From the human T2T-CHM13v2.0 reference genome, Homo sapiens: a stretch of 64,000 nucleotides of DNA. Below, piece after piece: positions 24,674 to 37,899 of the stretch. The stretch is from the NCBI RefSeq assembly GCF_009914755.1, contig NC_060928.1, one strand, 5' to 3'. The notes beneath the pieces are model-generated. The model saw only the letters and a list, made by a program, of their open reading frames with translations. It had not been told where the DNA came from and ran no database searches. Every line of letters starts with the position of its first letter. Positions within the stretch are counted from its first letter, which is position 1. Position numbers and translations under genes: made by a program.

Positions 24674-25510
24674 CTGAAAGTATAACATCGTCCTATCAAC
24701 AGGGGGCAGGTAAGAAGAGTACTGCTCTTCCGGAACATCACAACAGACAACGGCACTCAACACCATGCCCACGCTGGTTCCCTGCCACACTGCACTTTCC
24801 CCAAGGTGGAGAACAAGTGCTGAGAGGTTAGCCAGCAGCCTGGATGCCCAAGGCCAGGGTCTCCTGACACACAGCTGCCCCGGGTCCCTGAGTTCATGTG
24901 AGTGGTAAGACCTACATCTCTGTGCCGAGCACCTTGTATAAGGCACACAGAAATCACCTGGGAATTAAGATGCCTGCAAGGAGTCCTGGGGGTCTGAGGA
25001 CAGCAGGGAGAGCTGTAAGGAGAGCAGAGCCCACCAGCCCATCAAACAATGCAGGCAAGGCTAAGGGCAAAGCCATTTTGCCCAAGCTCAGCTCTGCTGG
25101 TATGTTACAAAGGAAGGAAAAACACAGGTTTCTCCCTTTGGCCTACTTTTTAAATTTTTTTATTTTTTTTTTAATCATTTGTCTCTTTTTTTGTATGAGG
25201 TAAAAAAAAAAAAAGTCCCAACAGCTCCTCTTCTGATGGGACTTGAAGCTTCACCACATTGTATTTTATTCAAGGACTTATGGGTGCAAATTTACAAATA
25301 CATGATGGTGGATGGGCTTGAAAATAAAAAAATGAAAAGGGGGACTGAAATTTTTTTAAAAACATTAAAAAAAAGATAATTTTTAAAATTTGCAAATATA
25401 GCTGGACAAACTGGTGTTTCTCTGCCTCTTGGTTGGCCCTGGGACAGGCATCCCTCAAGGCTCAGCGCAGCATGAAAGCCGTTTCCCTCTCCCCTAGGCC
25501 GCATGCTCAC

Positions 25511-25744
25511 CAAGCTATGGAGGAGGTACTTGGCAGCCAGAGAAGAGTCATACATGCCCAGGCACTGAATCAAGGCGGGGACCTTCAGAGGGCTCTTGAA
25601 CATGTCTTCGACACTGAGGAAGTCATACTCGAAGATCCGCTTGCATCGAAGGAAGTTCAGCTCGCGATACTTCTCCAAGGACAGATCGGCTCCAGGGGAA
25701 CGAGCGAAAAGAGGGTCATTCTCAAGAGCTGAGAAGATGGTTTT
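25511..25744 (-). CDS. ACOX3: ACOX3 coding exon [13 protein letters not shown]...AKYLLHSL
   Basis: 234 nt, AG/GT boundaries, in frame with neighbouring exons. Confidence 0.96.
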
Positions 25745-26122
25745 CTGGAAATGCAGGAGATGGGTAAGGCTTATTTGGAGTAAAAGATGGACTCTCCATG
25801 TGCCCTTATATAGTTGACCTCCAGGCCACAGGCTTCATGGGACACAGTCTGACCCGGAGACACCCAGACAGAGATATGACTATCATTCCCAATGGACTAG
25901 AGGACTGGAGGCTTAAGAAACATCAACAATCCGTGTTCATTTCCAGACTCCTCATCAATTCCCTGAGGCCTGTCCTGGGGTGCAGAGAGGAGAGAGGCCG
26001 CGCTGCCTGGGATGAGCCTCGCCCGGCAGAGGAGGAGCTGTGAGAGCCAGAAATCCCATTCTGCTAACGAACTAAGACCCCACTGGGAAAAAAGACAAGC
26101 TGCGCACAACCGCACGCCTCAC

Positions 26123-26266
26123 CTTAAAGCGGAGCATGCCCTCCCCTTCCGTGAACAGCGCCAGCTCCTTCCAGCTGAAGGACGCTCTTGCTCGGTAGGC
26201 ATCGAGGGGCCCCCTGGGGAATTCTGGGAGCAGAGCTGTGTCGCCTCCTTCCACAGTGGATGCCAT
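26123..26266 (-). CDS. ACOX3: ACOX3 first coding exon (exon 26123-26280; ATG at 26266), [10 protein letters not shown]...GMLRFK
   Basis: Translation matches the ACOX3 N-terminus. Acceptor ttttgtgcag at 26281-26290, donor AAG|gtgag. 144 nt, 48 codons. Confidence 0.97.
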
Positions 26267-28097
26267 CGCGTGATAAGAGCCTGCACAAAACATGCAACCT
26301 GAATCCATGCTCTCCCATCTATGGGTTCAAACTACCCCCACCAACAGGAGAGCCCGCAACACCTTACAAATCAGAGAAAAGTAAACTTGAAATCCAAAAG
26401 GATGGCAAAAGAGAATCACTCTGTGAATGGCTAGCATCATTTTCCCAGAAGAAAAGGCGAGAAGAATTCCCTCGTCCACTCCTGAACACAGATGCCAAGG
26501 ACACAGAAGAGAGCCAGGCACAGCCTGGGGGTCACCAGGCACACAGGGCAGAGGGTTTGTCAGAGTCTTGTTTTCTGTCACACAGCCTTGCCTGAGAGTA
26601 CCCTGCCCTCTTGGGAGCACCCCGGACATCCAGACTCATCCCCAAGGCTCACTAAACCCAGGGTCAGGAAGCATTCCCTCTGGAATCCAGCCAGTGCCAG
26701 CTGGTCCACTCTGGCCACACACAATGGTACCTCACGTCTCCACCCACCGCCGGTCCACCTGGACACAGGGCCTCCAGCACAGAACCTCTGATCACAGGCT
26801 TCTGCACTGGCTTCTCCTCGACATATAGACACCTGGCTTCCCGCTAACACAGCAGGCCTCCCAAAACTCAGCTCTCTTGACCAAATAACCATTCTGGAAT
26901 TTTCTGGATAGACTGGGTCCTTTTCCAAGTGGCTTGGCTGATGAAGGCATTGAAGGGAATGGCTGGTGAACCCAAGTCTGTCTGAGTCCTGGGCGTGGGC
27001 CGCCCACCTTCACTGTTTAAGGCCTAGAGGAAAGAGGAACTTTTGAGTCCTTTGAGCTGAAACAGCCTGCGGTGCTGGAGCCTGAGTCTGGCCGCTCAGG
27101 ATGCTGACTCCCCTCTGTGCAGGGAGGTGGGAGCCGCAGGTCTGAGCACCTGTTGGTGGGCGGCGGCAGGAATCCTGCCTTCTATAGTCTTATCTTATTT
27201 CACCCTCCAACAGCTGTGAGCCCAGTACTACTGCCCCCCATGAAAGATGGAGAAACGGAAGCTCAGAGAGGCTGTGTTTCCCAAACCCCCTCCGCTGAGA
27301 AGTGGGGAGAAGGGCTCCAAGCCCAGCAATGTCTAACCTCAGAGTCATGCCTTTCAAGTACCACCTTAAGACACTGGAAAAGAAACACAAAGTAAACTTA
27401 AATTATTTCCTTCCTTCTTAAAGCAGAAGGAAGAAAATAATAAAAGATAGAGCAACTGTGAATGAAACAGAGAACAGAAAAATAGAGAAAAATCAATAAA
27501 CGATCAAGTTGGTTCCTTGCAAAGACTGACACAATTGGCAAACTTTCAGCTAGACTGGCCAAATAAAAAGGAGAAAACACAAATTCCTCATCAGGAATCA
27601 AAGACGGGACATCACCACTGACCCTAAAGAAATAAAAAGGATTATAAGGGAATATTGTGAACCATGGTATGCCAACAAATGATATGAAGTGGTCATATTC
27701 CTGGGAAGACACAGCTAACAAAACTGCCTTATGAAAAACTGAAAATCTGAACAGATCTATAATGACTGAAGAGATTGAATTAGCAATCAATAAACTGTCC
27801 ACGAAGAAAAACCAGGGGTTCCATTGTGAATTCTGCCAAACATTTAAAGAAGATCAATTATTCAAGCTCTTCCCAAAAACAGAAGAGAAGATAATACTTC
27901 CCAACTCATTCTATGAGGCCAGTATTACTTTGACACCAAAACCAGACAAAGACATCACAAGAGAACTAGAAATAAACATCTCTTGTAATACAGATGCAAA
28001 AATCCTGAATGAAATTTTATAAACTGAATCCAGCAACATATAAAAAAGATTATATGTGCCAGGCATGGTGGCACATGGCTGTAATCCCAGCTACTCA

Positions 28098-28280
<183 letters not shown>

Positions 28281-28331
28281 TCAAATAGACATTTCTCCAA
28301 AGACAGACAAATGGCCAAAAAATACAGGAAA

Positions 28332-28642
28332 GGCCAGGCACGCTCACACCTGTAATCCCTTTGGGAGGCCGAGACGGGCGGATCACCTGAGGTCAGGAGT
28401 TTGAGACCAGCCTGGCCAACACGGTGAAACCCCATCGCTACTGAAAATACAAAAATTAGCTGGGCATGGTGGCGCATGCTTGTAATCCCAGATGCTCAGG
28501 AGGCTGAGGCAGGAGAATCGGTTGAACCGGGAGGCAGAGGCTGCAGTGAGCTGAGATTGTGCCATTGCACTCTAGCCTGGGCAACAAGAATGAAACTCGG
28601 TCTCAAAGAAAACAAAACAAACAAACAACAACAACAACAAAA
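28332..28642 (+). mobile_element. AluS
   Basis: Alu dimer inside L1. Confidence 0.87.
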
Positions 28643-28898
28643 ACACAGAAAAATATGGTCAACATCATTAGCCACCAGGAAAATGCAAACCAAAAACCCA
28701 ATGAGAGACCACTTCACATCCACTAGGATGGCAATGAGCAAAAAGATACTAAAATACTAAATGCCGGCTATAGTGGCACGTGCCTGTGGTCCCAGCTACT
28801 CTGGGGAGGCTAAGGCAGGAGGACAGCTTGAGCCCAGGAGTTTGAGACCAGCCTGGGTGATACAGCAAGACCTTATCTCTTAAAGAACCAGATAAATA

Positions 28899-29205
28899 GG
28901 CCAGGCGCAGTGGCTCATGCCTGTAATCCCAGCACTTTGGGAGGCCCAGACAGGTGGATCATGAGGTCAGGAATTCAAGACCAGCCTGGCCAACATGGTG
29001 AAACCTCATCTCTACTAAAAATACAAAAAAATTAGCCGGGCATGGTGGCAGGTGCCTATAGTCCCAGCTACTTGGGAGGCTGAGGCAGAGAATTACTTAA
29101 ACCCGGGAGGCAGAGATTGCAGTAGCCTAGATTGCGCCACTGCACTCCAGCCTGGGTGACAGAGTGAAACTCTGTCTCAAAAAAAAAAAGAAAAAAAGAA
29201 AAAAG
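28899..29205 (+). mobile_element. AluS
   Basis: Alu dimer with A-rich tail. Confidence 0.88.
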
Positions 29206-30109
29206 AAACAGAAAAATAATCACAAGTATTGAGAGGATGTGGAGAAATCAGACTCTCATGCCCTTCCAGTGAAAATGTAAAGTGACCCAGCCATTCTGGA
29301 GAACAGTGTGGCAGTTCCACAAGTGATTAAACATGGAGTGACCACATGACTCAGCAATTCCACTCTGAGGTATGTACGCAAGAGAACCGAAAACATCACG
29401 TCCTCAATGTGTGCAAGGCTCCCCGATTCACACCTCCAGACTCGTGAGCTCATTTGGCAGTCAACGGCAATTCCCCACCTCTCATGTTCTGGAGATGCCC
29501 ATACTGAGTGTTCAACACTGAATTCAGCCTCTCAGCCCTGACCCAGCTTCGCCTCCTGCACCCCAGTTCCACACTGCCAGTCACCCAAGGATTACTGGAA
29601 TTACAAACCCCAGTGTCATGTTGGAATTCCCCTCTCCATGCGCCATAACCTCAGTACATTACCAAGTCCACAGTGCATCTCTAACACCTTACGGAATCTT
29701 CTCATTTCTCTCCAGCCTGATAAAACCCTCATAACAACCTCCAGTTACTGAGCTGGTGCTGTGTGCAGGTGACTGTGTTAAGCAGCTACATAGACCTCAA
29801 CTGTGCCCACCAAGCCCAAGTACTATCAGTAGTCTCCTTTTCCAGGTGAGGAAACTGGAGCTTCTTAGAGACATTGACCATGGTCATACAACTATTATCA
29901 AGCACAGCTGGCTCCAAATCCCCAGATCCTAACAAGTACCTATGGGCCCATGCCACTTGAAGTCACCAACCTTACTGCATTATGGTACAACTGTTAGAGA
30001 TAAGGATTGTGAAGCCAGACTGTCTGGGTTCAAATCTCAATGTTACAGCTTTCTAGCTGGGTGACCTTCCTAAGATCTGTGCACCTTGGGGGTGATAATA
30101 CAGTGATGC

Positions 30110-30872
30110 TGAGAGACAGGACTAGCTGGATTTCCAAGGCTGACTAAGAATTCCTAAGCCTAGCTGGGGAAGGTGACCACACCCACCTTTAAACATGGGG
30201 CTTGTAACTCAGCTCACACCAGACCAATCAGGTAGTAAAGAGAGCTCACTAAAATACCAATTAGGCTAAAAACAGGAGGTAAAGAAATAATTAAATCACC
30301 TATCCCCTGAGAGCACAGGGGGAGGCACAATGATCAGGATATAAACCCAGGCATTCGAGCCAGATCAGGCAACGCCCTTTGGGTACCCCCCCGTTGAATG
30401 GGAGCTCTGTTTTCACTCTATTAAATCTTGCAACTGCACACTCTTCTGGTCCATGTTTGTTCCAGCTCGAGCTGAGCTATCACTTGCTGTCCACCACTGC
30501 TGATCATCGCCATCGCAGACCCACCACTGACTTCCACCCCTCCGGATCCAGCAGGGTGTCCACTGAGCTTCTGATCCAGTGAGGCACCCATTGCTGCTCC
30601 CAATCGGGCTAGAGGCTCACCATTGTTCCTGCATGGCTAAGTGCCTGGGTTCGTCCTAATTGAGCTGAACACTAGTCCCTGGGTTCCACAGTTCTCTTCC
30701 ATGACCCACGGCTTCTAATAGAGCTATAACACTCACCGCATGGCCCAAGGTTCCATTCCTTGGAATCCGTGAGGCCAAGAACCCCAGGTCAGAGAGCAAG
30801 AGGTTTGCTGCCATTTTGGAAGCGGCCCACCACCATCTTGGGAGCTCTGGGAGCAAACACTCATCGGTAACA
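30110..30872 (+). repeat. HERV-W 5' LTR (LTR17)
   Basis: Starts TGAGAGACAGGACTAGCTGG, ends TAACA. Contains CCAAT, TATAAA and ATTAAA. Confidence 0.92.
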
Positions 30873-32146
30873 TTTGCTGGGCTCGTATGGGGATTCTCCA
30901 AAGCGGTGAGTAATATTGAACCACTTTCACTTGCTATTCTGTCCTACCCTTCCTTAGAATTGGAGGAAAATACTGGGCACCTGTTGGCTGGTTAAAAATG
31001 ATTAATGTGGCCACCGGACTTAAGACTCAGGTGTGAGGCTTTCTGGGAAAAGGCTTTCTAACAATCCCCAACCCTTTTGGGTTGGGAGCATTGGTCTGCC
31101 TGGAACCAGCTTCCACTTTTACAGTTTTCTTGGGGAAGCAGAGGGCTGACTAGAGGCAGAAAGCTGTCGTCCCAAATTCCCGGCATTGGCCGGTCAAGAT
31201 CATGGCGCAGCCAGAAGTCTCTACTCAACAGTTGCCCATGCGTGCACCCCTATCTCTCCTTCTGGCCCATACCTCCTGGGTCCTAACCATGACTTTCTTG
31301 AAAGTGTAGCCCCAAAATTCTCCTTACCTCTGAATCTACTTCCTCTGATCCCTGCCTCCTAGGTACTAATGCTTCAGACTCACTTCCTCTCCCAAGTATT
31401 AGAGCAAGTTGTATCTCCAAAGGGATCTAAGGAAGCTCTACGCTGTGTCCTTAAGCACCTAGGGTATGAACCCAGGGAGTCTTGTCCCTGGTGTCCCTCC
31501 CAATTTAGATATACAGCTCTCGACATGGGAAGTTATGTGGGACCTACCACCCTTGCCAGGGCCCCAAGTTTGTAAATGGCTAGGAGGATTGCTCTCCCAT
31601 TGTGTAAGATGCTCTCCTCCCCCAATTTCTACCCAGCTTACCTCCCCCACTGCAATACAATCTCTAAGCCTAGACTCCTTGGCCAGGGCCTTAGAATTGA
31701 TGACCCAGTACTTTAACAACTGGAACTGTGTCTACGACAACAGAATAGATCAGGAAGAAAGCGAATTGAGTAAATTAAAGGGAGGCGCATATTCCTATAG
31801 AGGCAAATGGGGGCAACGAGCGAACATTCTTCCGCTGTGTTCCCAAAATCCATCTATCAAGAGAGAGAATGAGAGGGAAAGAGAAACAGAGAGAGAAAGG
31901 AAAGAGAGAGAGAAGAGAGAGAAAGAAAGAGAGAGGGGGGAAGAAAGGCAGAAAGTCAAAGAGAAAGAGAGAGACAGTCAAAGAGAGAAAGAAAGAGAGA
32001 GATATATAAGTAGTTAAGAAAAAAACAGTGTACCCTATTCCTTTAAAAGCCAGGGTAAATTTAAAACCTATAATTGATAATTGAAGGTCTTCTCTATGAC
32101 CCTATAACACTCCAATACCACTTTGTTGTCAGTTAAACAGTGTAAT

Positions 32147-33060
32147 GCAAACATTAGGAAAAAAACTTCAAAAGTCCACCTTAGGCCCAGAGCAAAACAT
32201 AGAAACTCTAATGAACTTGGCAACCTCGGTTTTTTTCACAATAGAGATCAGGAGGAGCAGGCAGAACAGGACAAACGGGCCCTCAGGCAAGCAGAAGTTC
32301 ACTTCTTGCCCCCATTTGCCACTATAGGAATATGCACCTCCCTTTAATTTACTCAATTCGCTTTCATCCTGATCTATTGTGTTGTTGTAGGCATAGCTCC
32401 AGTTGTTAAAGTACTGGGTCATCAGTTCTAAGGCCCTGGCCAAGGAGCCAAGGCTTGGAGATTGTATCGCAGCAGGGGAGGTAAGCTGGGTAGAAATTGG
32501 GGGAGGAGAGCATCTTACTTTGGAGGCTCTGGAAAAGGGAAACGCTGGGCAAATCAAATGCCTGATAGGGCTTGCTTCCAGTGTGGTCTACAAGGACACT
32601 TTAAAAAAGATTGTCTGAATAGAAATAAGCTGCCCCTCATCCATGCCCCTCATGTCAAGGGAATCACTGGAAGGCCCACTGCCCCAGGGGATGAAGGTCC
32701 TTTCAGTCAGAAGCCACTAACCAGATAAGCCAGCAGCAGGACTGAGGGTGCCCGGGGCAAGCGCCAGCCCATGCCCCAGGTATGCTTGACCATTGGGGGC
32801 CAGAAGGTTAACTGTCTCCTGAACACTGGCATGGCCTTCTCAGTCTTAGTCTCTGGTCCTGGACAACCGTCCTCCAGATCTGTCACTACCCGAGGGGTCC
32901 TAGGATAGGCAGTCACTAGATACTTCTCCCAGCCACTAAGTTGTGACTGGGGAACTTCATTCTTTTCACTTGCCTTTCTAATTATGCCTGAAACCCCCAC
33001 ACCCTTGTTAGGGAGATACATTCTAGCAAAAGCAGGGGCCATTATACACCTGAACATGGG
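32147..33060 (+). pseudogene. HERV-W gag 3' remnant (CA end, NC zinc knuckle) and protease, disrupted
   Basis: ACFQCGLQGHFKKDC knuckle at ~32570-32615. Protease LLNTG (catalytic D replaced by N). Most of gag deleted. Confidence 0.8.
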
Positions 33061-33141
33061 AGAAGGAACACCGTTTGCTGTCCCCTACTTGAGGAAGGAA
33101 TTAATCCTGAAGTCTGGGCAACAGAAGGACGATATGGATGA

Positions 33142-35058
33142 GGGAAGAATGCCCGTCCCGTTCAAGTTAAACTAAAGGATTCCGCCTCCTTTCCCCACCA
33201 AAGGCAGTACCCTCTTAGACCCGAGGCCCAACAAGGACTCCAAAAGATTGTTAAGGACCTAAAAGCCCAAGGCCTAGTAAAACCATGCAATAGCCCCTGC
33301 AATACTCCAATTTTAGGAGTACAGAAACCCAATGGACAGTGGAGGTTAGTGCAAGATCTCAGGATTATCAATGAGGCTGTTGTTCCTCTATACCCAGCTG
33401 TACCTAATCTTATACTCACTCTGCTTTCCCAAATACCAGAGGAAGCAGAGTGGTTTACAGTCCTGGACCTTAAGGATGCCTTTTACTGCATCCCTGTACA
33501 TCCTGACTCTCAATTCTTGCTTGCCTTTGAAGATCCTTTGAATCTAATGTCTCAACACACCTGGACTGTTTTACCCCAAGGGTTCATGGACAGCCCCCAT
33601 CTATTTGGCCAGGCATTAGCCCGAGACTTGAGCCAGTTCTCATACTTGGGCACTCTTGTCCTTCGGTATGCGGATGATTTACTTTTAGCCACCCATTCAG
33701 AAACCTTGTGCCATCAAGCCACCCAAGTGCTCTTAAACTTCATGGCCACCTGTGGCTACAAGGTTTCCAGACCAAAGGCTCAGCTCTGCTCACAGCAGGT
33801 TAAATACTTAGGGCTAAAATTATCCAGACACACCAGGGCCCTCAGTGAGGAATGCATCCAGCCTATACTGGCTTATCCTTATCCCAAAACCATAAAGCAA
33901 TTAAGAGGGTTCCTTGGCATAACAGGCTTCTGCCGAATATGGATTCCCAGGTACAGTGAAATAGCCAGGCCATTATACACACTAATTAAGGAAACTCAGA
34001 AAGTGAATACCCATTTAGTAAGAAGGACACCTGAAGCAGAAGTGGCTTTCCAGGCCCTAAAGAAGGCCCTAATCCAAGCCCTAGTGTTAAGCTTGCCAAA
34101 GGGGCAAGACTTTTCTTTATGTGTCACAGAAAAAACAGGAATAGCTCTAGGATTCCTTACACAGGTCCGAGGGACCAGGTTGCAACCCATGGCATACCTG
34201 AGTAAGGAAACTGATGTAGTGGCAAAGGGTTGGCCTCATTGTTTATGGGTAATGGCAGCAGTAGCAGTCTTAGTATCTGAAGCAGTTAAAATGATACAGG
34301 GAAGAGATCTTACTGTGTGGATGTCTCATGATGTGGACGGCATACTCACTGCTAAAGGAGACTTACGGCTGTCAGACAACCGTTTGCTTAAATATCAGGC
34401 TCTATTACTTGAAGGGCCAGTGCTGCGACTGCGCACTCGTGCAACTCTTAATCCAGCCACATTTCTTCCAGACAATGAAGAAAAGATAAAACATAACTGT
34501 CAACAGGTGATTGCTCAAACCTACGCCGCTCGAGGGGACCTTCTAGAGGTTTCCTTGACTGATCCCGACCTCAACTTGTATACTGACGGAAGTTCCTTTG
34601 TAGAAAAACGACTTCGAAAAGCAGGGTATGCAGTGGTCAGTGATAATGGAATACTTGAAAGTAATCCCCTCACTCCAGGAACTAGCGCTCAGCTGGCAGA
34701 ACTAATAGCCCTCACTCAGGCACTAAAATTAGGAGAAGGAAAAAGGGTAAATATATACACAGACTCTAAGAATGCTTACCTAGTCCTCCATGCCCATGCA
34801 GCAATATGGAGAGAAAGGGAATTCCTAACTTCCGAGGGAACACCTATCAAATCTCAGGAAGCCATTAGGAGATTACAATTGGCTGTACAGAAACCTAAAG
34901 AGGTGGCAGTCTTACACTGCCGGGGTGATCAGAAAGGAAAGGAAAGGGAAATAGAAGGGAACCGCGAAGCAGATACTGAAGCCAAAAGAGCCGCAAGGTG
35001 GGACCCTCCATTAGAAATGCTTATAGAAGGACCCCTAGTATGGGGTAATCCCCTGTAG
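33142..35058 (+). pseudogene. pol: HERV-W pol: uninterrupted RT + RNase H reading frame
   Basis: Motifs LDLKDAF, LPQGF..SP, YADD, YTDGSS, AQLAELIAL, IYTDS. No stop between TGA 33139-33141 and TAG 35056-35058. Confidence 0.9.
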
Positions 35059-36225
35059 GAAACCAAGCCCCAGTACTCAAAAGAAATAGGATGGGGAACC
35101 TCACGAGGACATAGTTTCTTCCCCTCAGGATGGCTAGCCACCGAAGAAGGAAAAATACTTTTGCCTGCAGCTAACCAATTGAAATTACTTAAAACCCTTC
35201 ATCAGACCTTTCACTTAGGCATTGATAGCACCTATCAGACGGCCAAATCATTATTAACTGGATCAGGACTTTTCAAAACTATCAAGCAGATAGTCAGGGC
35301 CTATGAAGTGTGGCAAAGAAATAATCCCCTGCCTTATCGCCAAGCTCCTTCAGGAGAACAAAGAACAGGCCATTACCCAGGAGAAGACTGGCAACTAGAT
35401 TTTACCCACATGCCCAAATCTCAGGGATTTCAGTATCTACTAGTCTGGATAGATACTTTCACTGGTTGGGAGGAGGCCTTTCCTTGTAGGACAGAAAAGG
35501 CCGAAGACGTAATAAAGGCACTAATTCATGAAATAATTCCCAGATTCGGACTTCCCTGAGACTTACAGAGTGACAATGGCCCCGCTTTCAAGGCTGCAGT
35601 AACCCAGCGAGTATCGCAGACGTTACTTAGGCATACAATATCACTTACACTGCGCCTGGAGGCCACAATCCTCAGGGAAGGTCGAGAAAATGAACGAAAC
35701 ACTCAAACAACATCTAAAAAAGCTAACTCAGGAAACCCACCTCGCATGGCCTGCTCTGTTGCCCATAGCCTTATTAAGAATACAAAACTCCCCCCAAAAA
35801 GCAGGACTTAGCCCATACGAAATGCTGTATGGACAGCCCTTCCTAACCAATGACCTTGTGCTTGACCGAGAGACGGCCAATTTAGTTGCAGACATCACCT
35901 CCTTAGCCAAATATCAACAAGTTCTTAAAACATTACAGGGAACCTGTACCCGAGAGGAGGGAAAGGAATTCCACCCTGGTAACATGGTATTAGTCAAGTC
36001 CCTTCCCTCTAAGTCCCCACCCCTAGATACATACTGGGAAGGACCCTACCCAGTCATTTTATCTACCCTGAGTGCAGTTAAAGTGTCTGGAGTGGAGTCT
36101 TAGACACATCAAACCCTGGATACCGCCAAAGGAACCCAAAAATTCAGGAGACAACGCTAGCTATTCCTGTGAACCTCTAGAGGATCTGCACCTGCTCTTC
36201 AAGCGACAACTGCGAGGAAAGTAAC
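35059..36225 (+). pseudogene. HERV-W integrase, disrupted
   Basis: WQLDFT and GPY motifs. HHCC cysteines lost (AYEVW). Stop at 35557-35559 and a frameshift near 35620. Confidence 0.85.
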
Positions 36226-36242
36226 TGGAATCGTAGAGCTCC

Positions 36243-36710
36243 ATGGCCCCCCCCGTCATATTTTTCTCTTTACTGTTGTCTTACCCCCCTTTCACTATCA
36301 CCTCACCCCCTCCATGCCGCTATACTACCAGTAGCTCCCCTTACCAAGAGCTTCTATGGAGAATGCGGCTTCCCAGAAATATTGATGCCCCATTGTATAG
36401 GAGTTTTTCTAAAGGAAACCCCACTTTCACCATCCACACCCATATGCCCCTGCACTTCGGGCCACACATTTCAATCCCTGTATCTTTAACCTCCTTGTTA
36501 AGTTTGTCTCTTCCAGAATCAAAGCTGTGAAACTACAGATGTTCTTCAAATGGAGCCCCAGATGCAGTCCATGACTAAGATCTACCGTGGACCCCTGGAC
36601 TGGCCTGCTAGCCCATGCTCCGATGTTGATGACATCGAAGGCACCACTCCCGAGGAAATCTCAACTGCATGACCTCTACTACGCCCCAATTCAGCAGGAA
36701 GCAGTTACAG
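36243..36710 (+). pseudogene. HERV-W env remnant (syncytin-like) with a large internal deletion
   Basis: SU start (SSSPYQELLWRM...HTHMP) is joined at ~36470 directly to the TM cytoplasmic tail (PCIFNLLVKFVSSRI). Confidence 0.85.
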
Positions 36711-36766
36711 CGGTCATCGGCCAACCTCCCCAACAGCACTTGGGTTTTCCTGTTGAGAGGGGGTAC

Positions 36767-37516
36767 TAAGAGACAGGACTAGCTGGACTTCCTAGGCCGA
36801 CTAAGAATTCCTAAGCCTAGCTGGGGAAGGTGACCACACCCACCTTTAAACATGGGGCTTGTAACTCAGCTCACACCAGACCAATCAGGTAGTAAAGAGA
36901 GCTCACTAAAATACCAATGAGGCTAAAAACAGGTGGTAAAGAAATAATCAGATCATCTGTCGCCTGAGAGCACAGGGGGAGGGACAATGATCAGGATATA
37001 AACCCAGGCATTCAAGCCGAATCGGGCAACCCTCTTTGGGTCCCCTCCCGTTGCATGGGAGCTCTGTTTTCACGATATTAAATCTTGCAACTGCACACTT
37101 TTCTGGTCCATGTTTGTTCCGGTTTGAGCTGAGCTTTTGCTTGCCATCCACCACTGCTGATGGCTGCTGTCGCAGACGCCCCGCTGACTTCCACCCCCCT
37201 CCAGATCCAGCAGGGTGTCCACTGCGCTTCTGATCCAGCGAGGCACCGGTTGCTGCTCCCGGGCTAGAGACTCGCCATTGTTCCTGCACAGCTAAGTGCC
37301 TGGGTTCATCCTAATTGAGGTGAACACTAGTCGCTGGGTTCCACAGTTCTCTTCCGTGACCCACAGCTTCTAATAGAGCTATAACACTCACCGCATGGCC
37401 CAAGGTTCCATTCCTTGGAATCCATGAGGCCAAGAACCCCAGGTCAGAGAGCAAGAGCCTTGCTGCCATTGGGACCGGCCTGCCACCACCCTGGGAGCAA
37501 AGACCGGCCAGTAACA
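36767..37516 (+). repeat. HERV-W 3' LTR (LTR17)
   Basis: Direct repeat of the 5' LTR, follows the polypurine tract. Confidence 0.92.
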
Positions 37517-37545
37517 ATGCCTTGCTAGGGCCCAGTGTCTAGACA

Positions 37546-37733
37546 AGGTCTACTGTCTGGGCTGCTGCATTCCAAATACGGCGACACCTGGCTAGTGCCC
37601 AGGGTCTACTGTCTAGGCTGCTGCATTCCAAATATGGTGATGTCTGCCTAGTGCCCAGGGTCTACTGTCTGAGGCTACTGTCATCCAAATACAGTGACGC
37701 CTGCCTAGTGCCCAGGGTCTACCGTCTAGGCTT
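37546..37733. repeat. 56-bp tandem repeat, ~3.4 copies
   Basis: Unit agggtctactgtctaggctgctgcattccaaata...ctagtgccc. Confidence 0.85.
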
Positions 37734-37899
37734 CTGTCATTCACATGAGACGCTTGGAGCAGTTTCTGGCAAGGAAGTGGGGCTTCAAGATCACTATTCT
37801 GGCAACAGCTGCCTCCAGTCTTCTCTGCGATGTGGATCACTTCCCTTTCGTGAACAGCTGCCTAGTTCAATGTGTAAAGTCCTCCGAATGCCCAGCACG

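Larger units (their letters stand above)
30110..37516 (+). mobile_element. HERV-W (HERV17) provirus, defective, antisense to ACOX3
   Basis: Two LTR17-type LTRs, 4-bp TSD ATGC, AG-rich leader, gag NC, pro, pol and env remnants, PPT at 36751-36766. Confidence 0.93.

Noticed and set aside
36243-36530. Possible syncytin-like Env protein
   Set aside because: Frameshifted and missing most of SU, the fusion peptide and the TM anchor.
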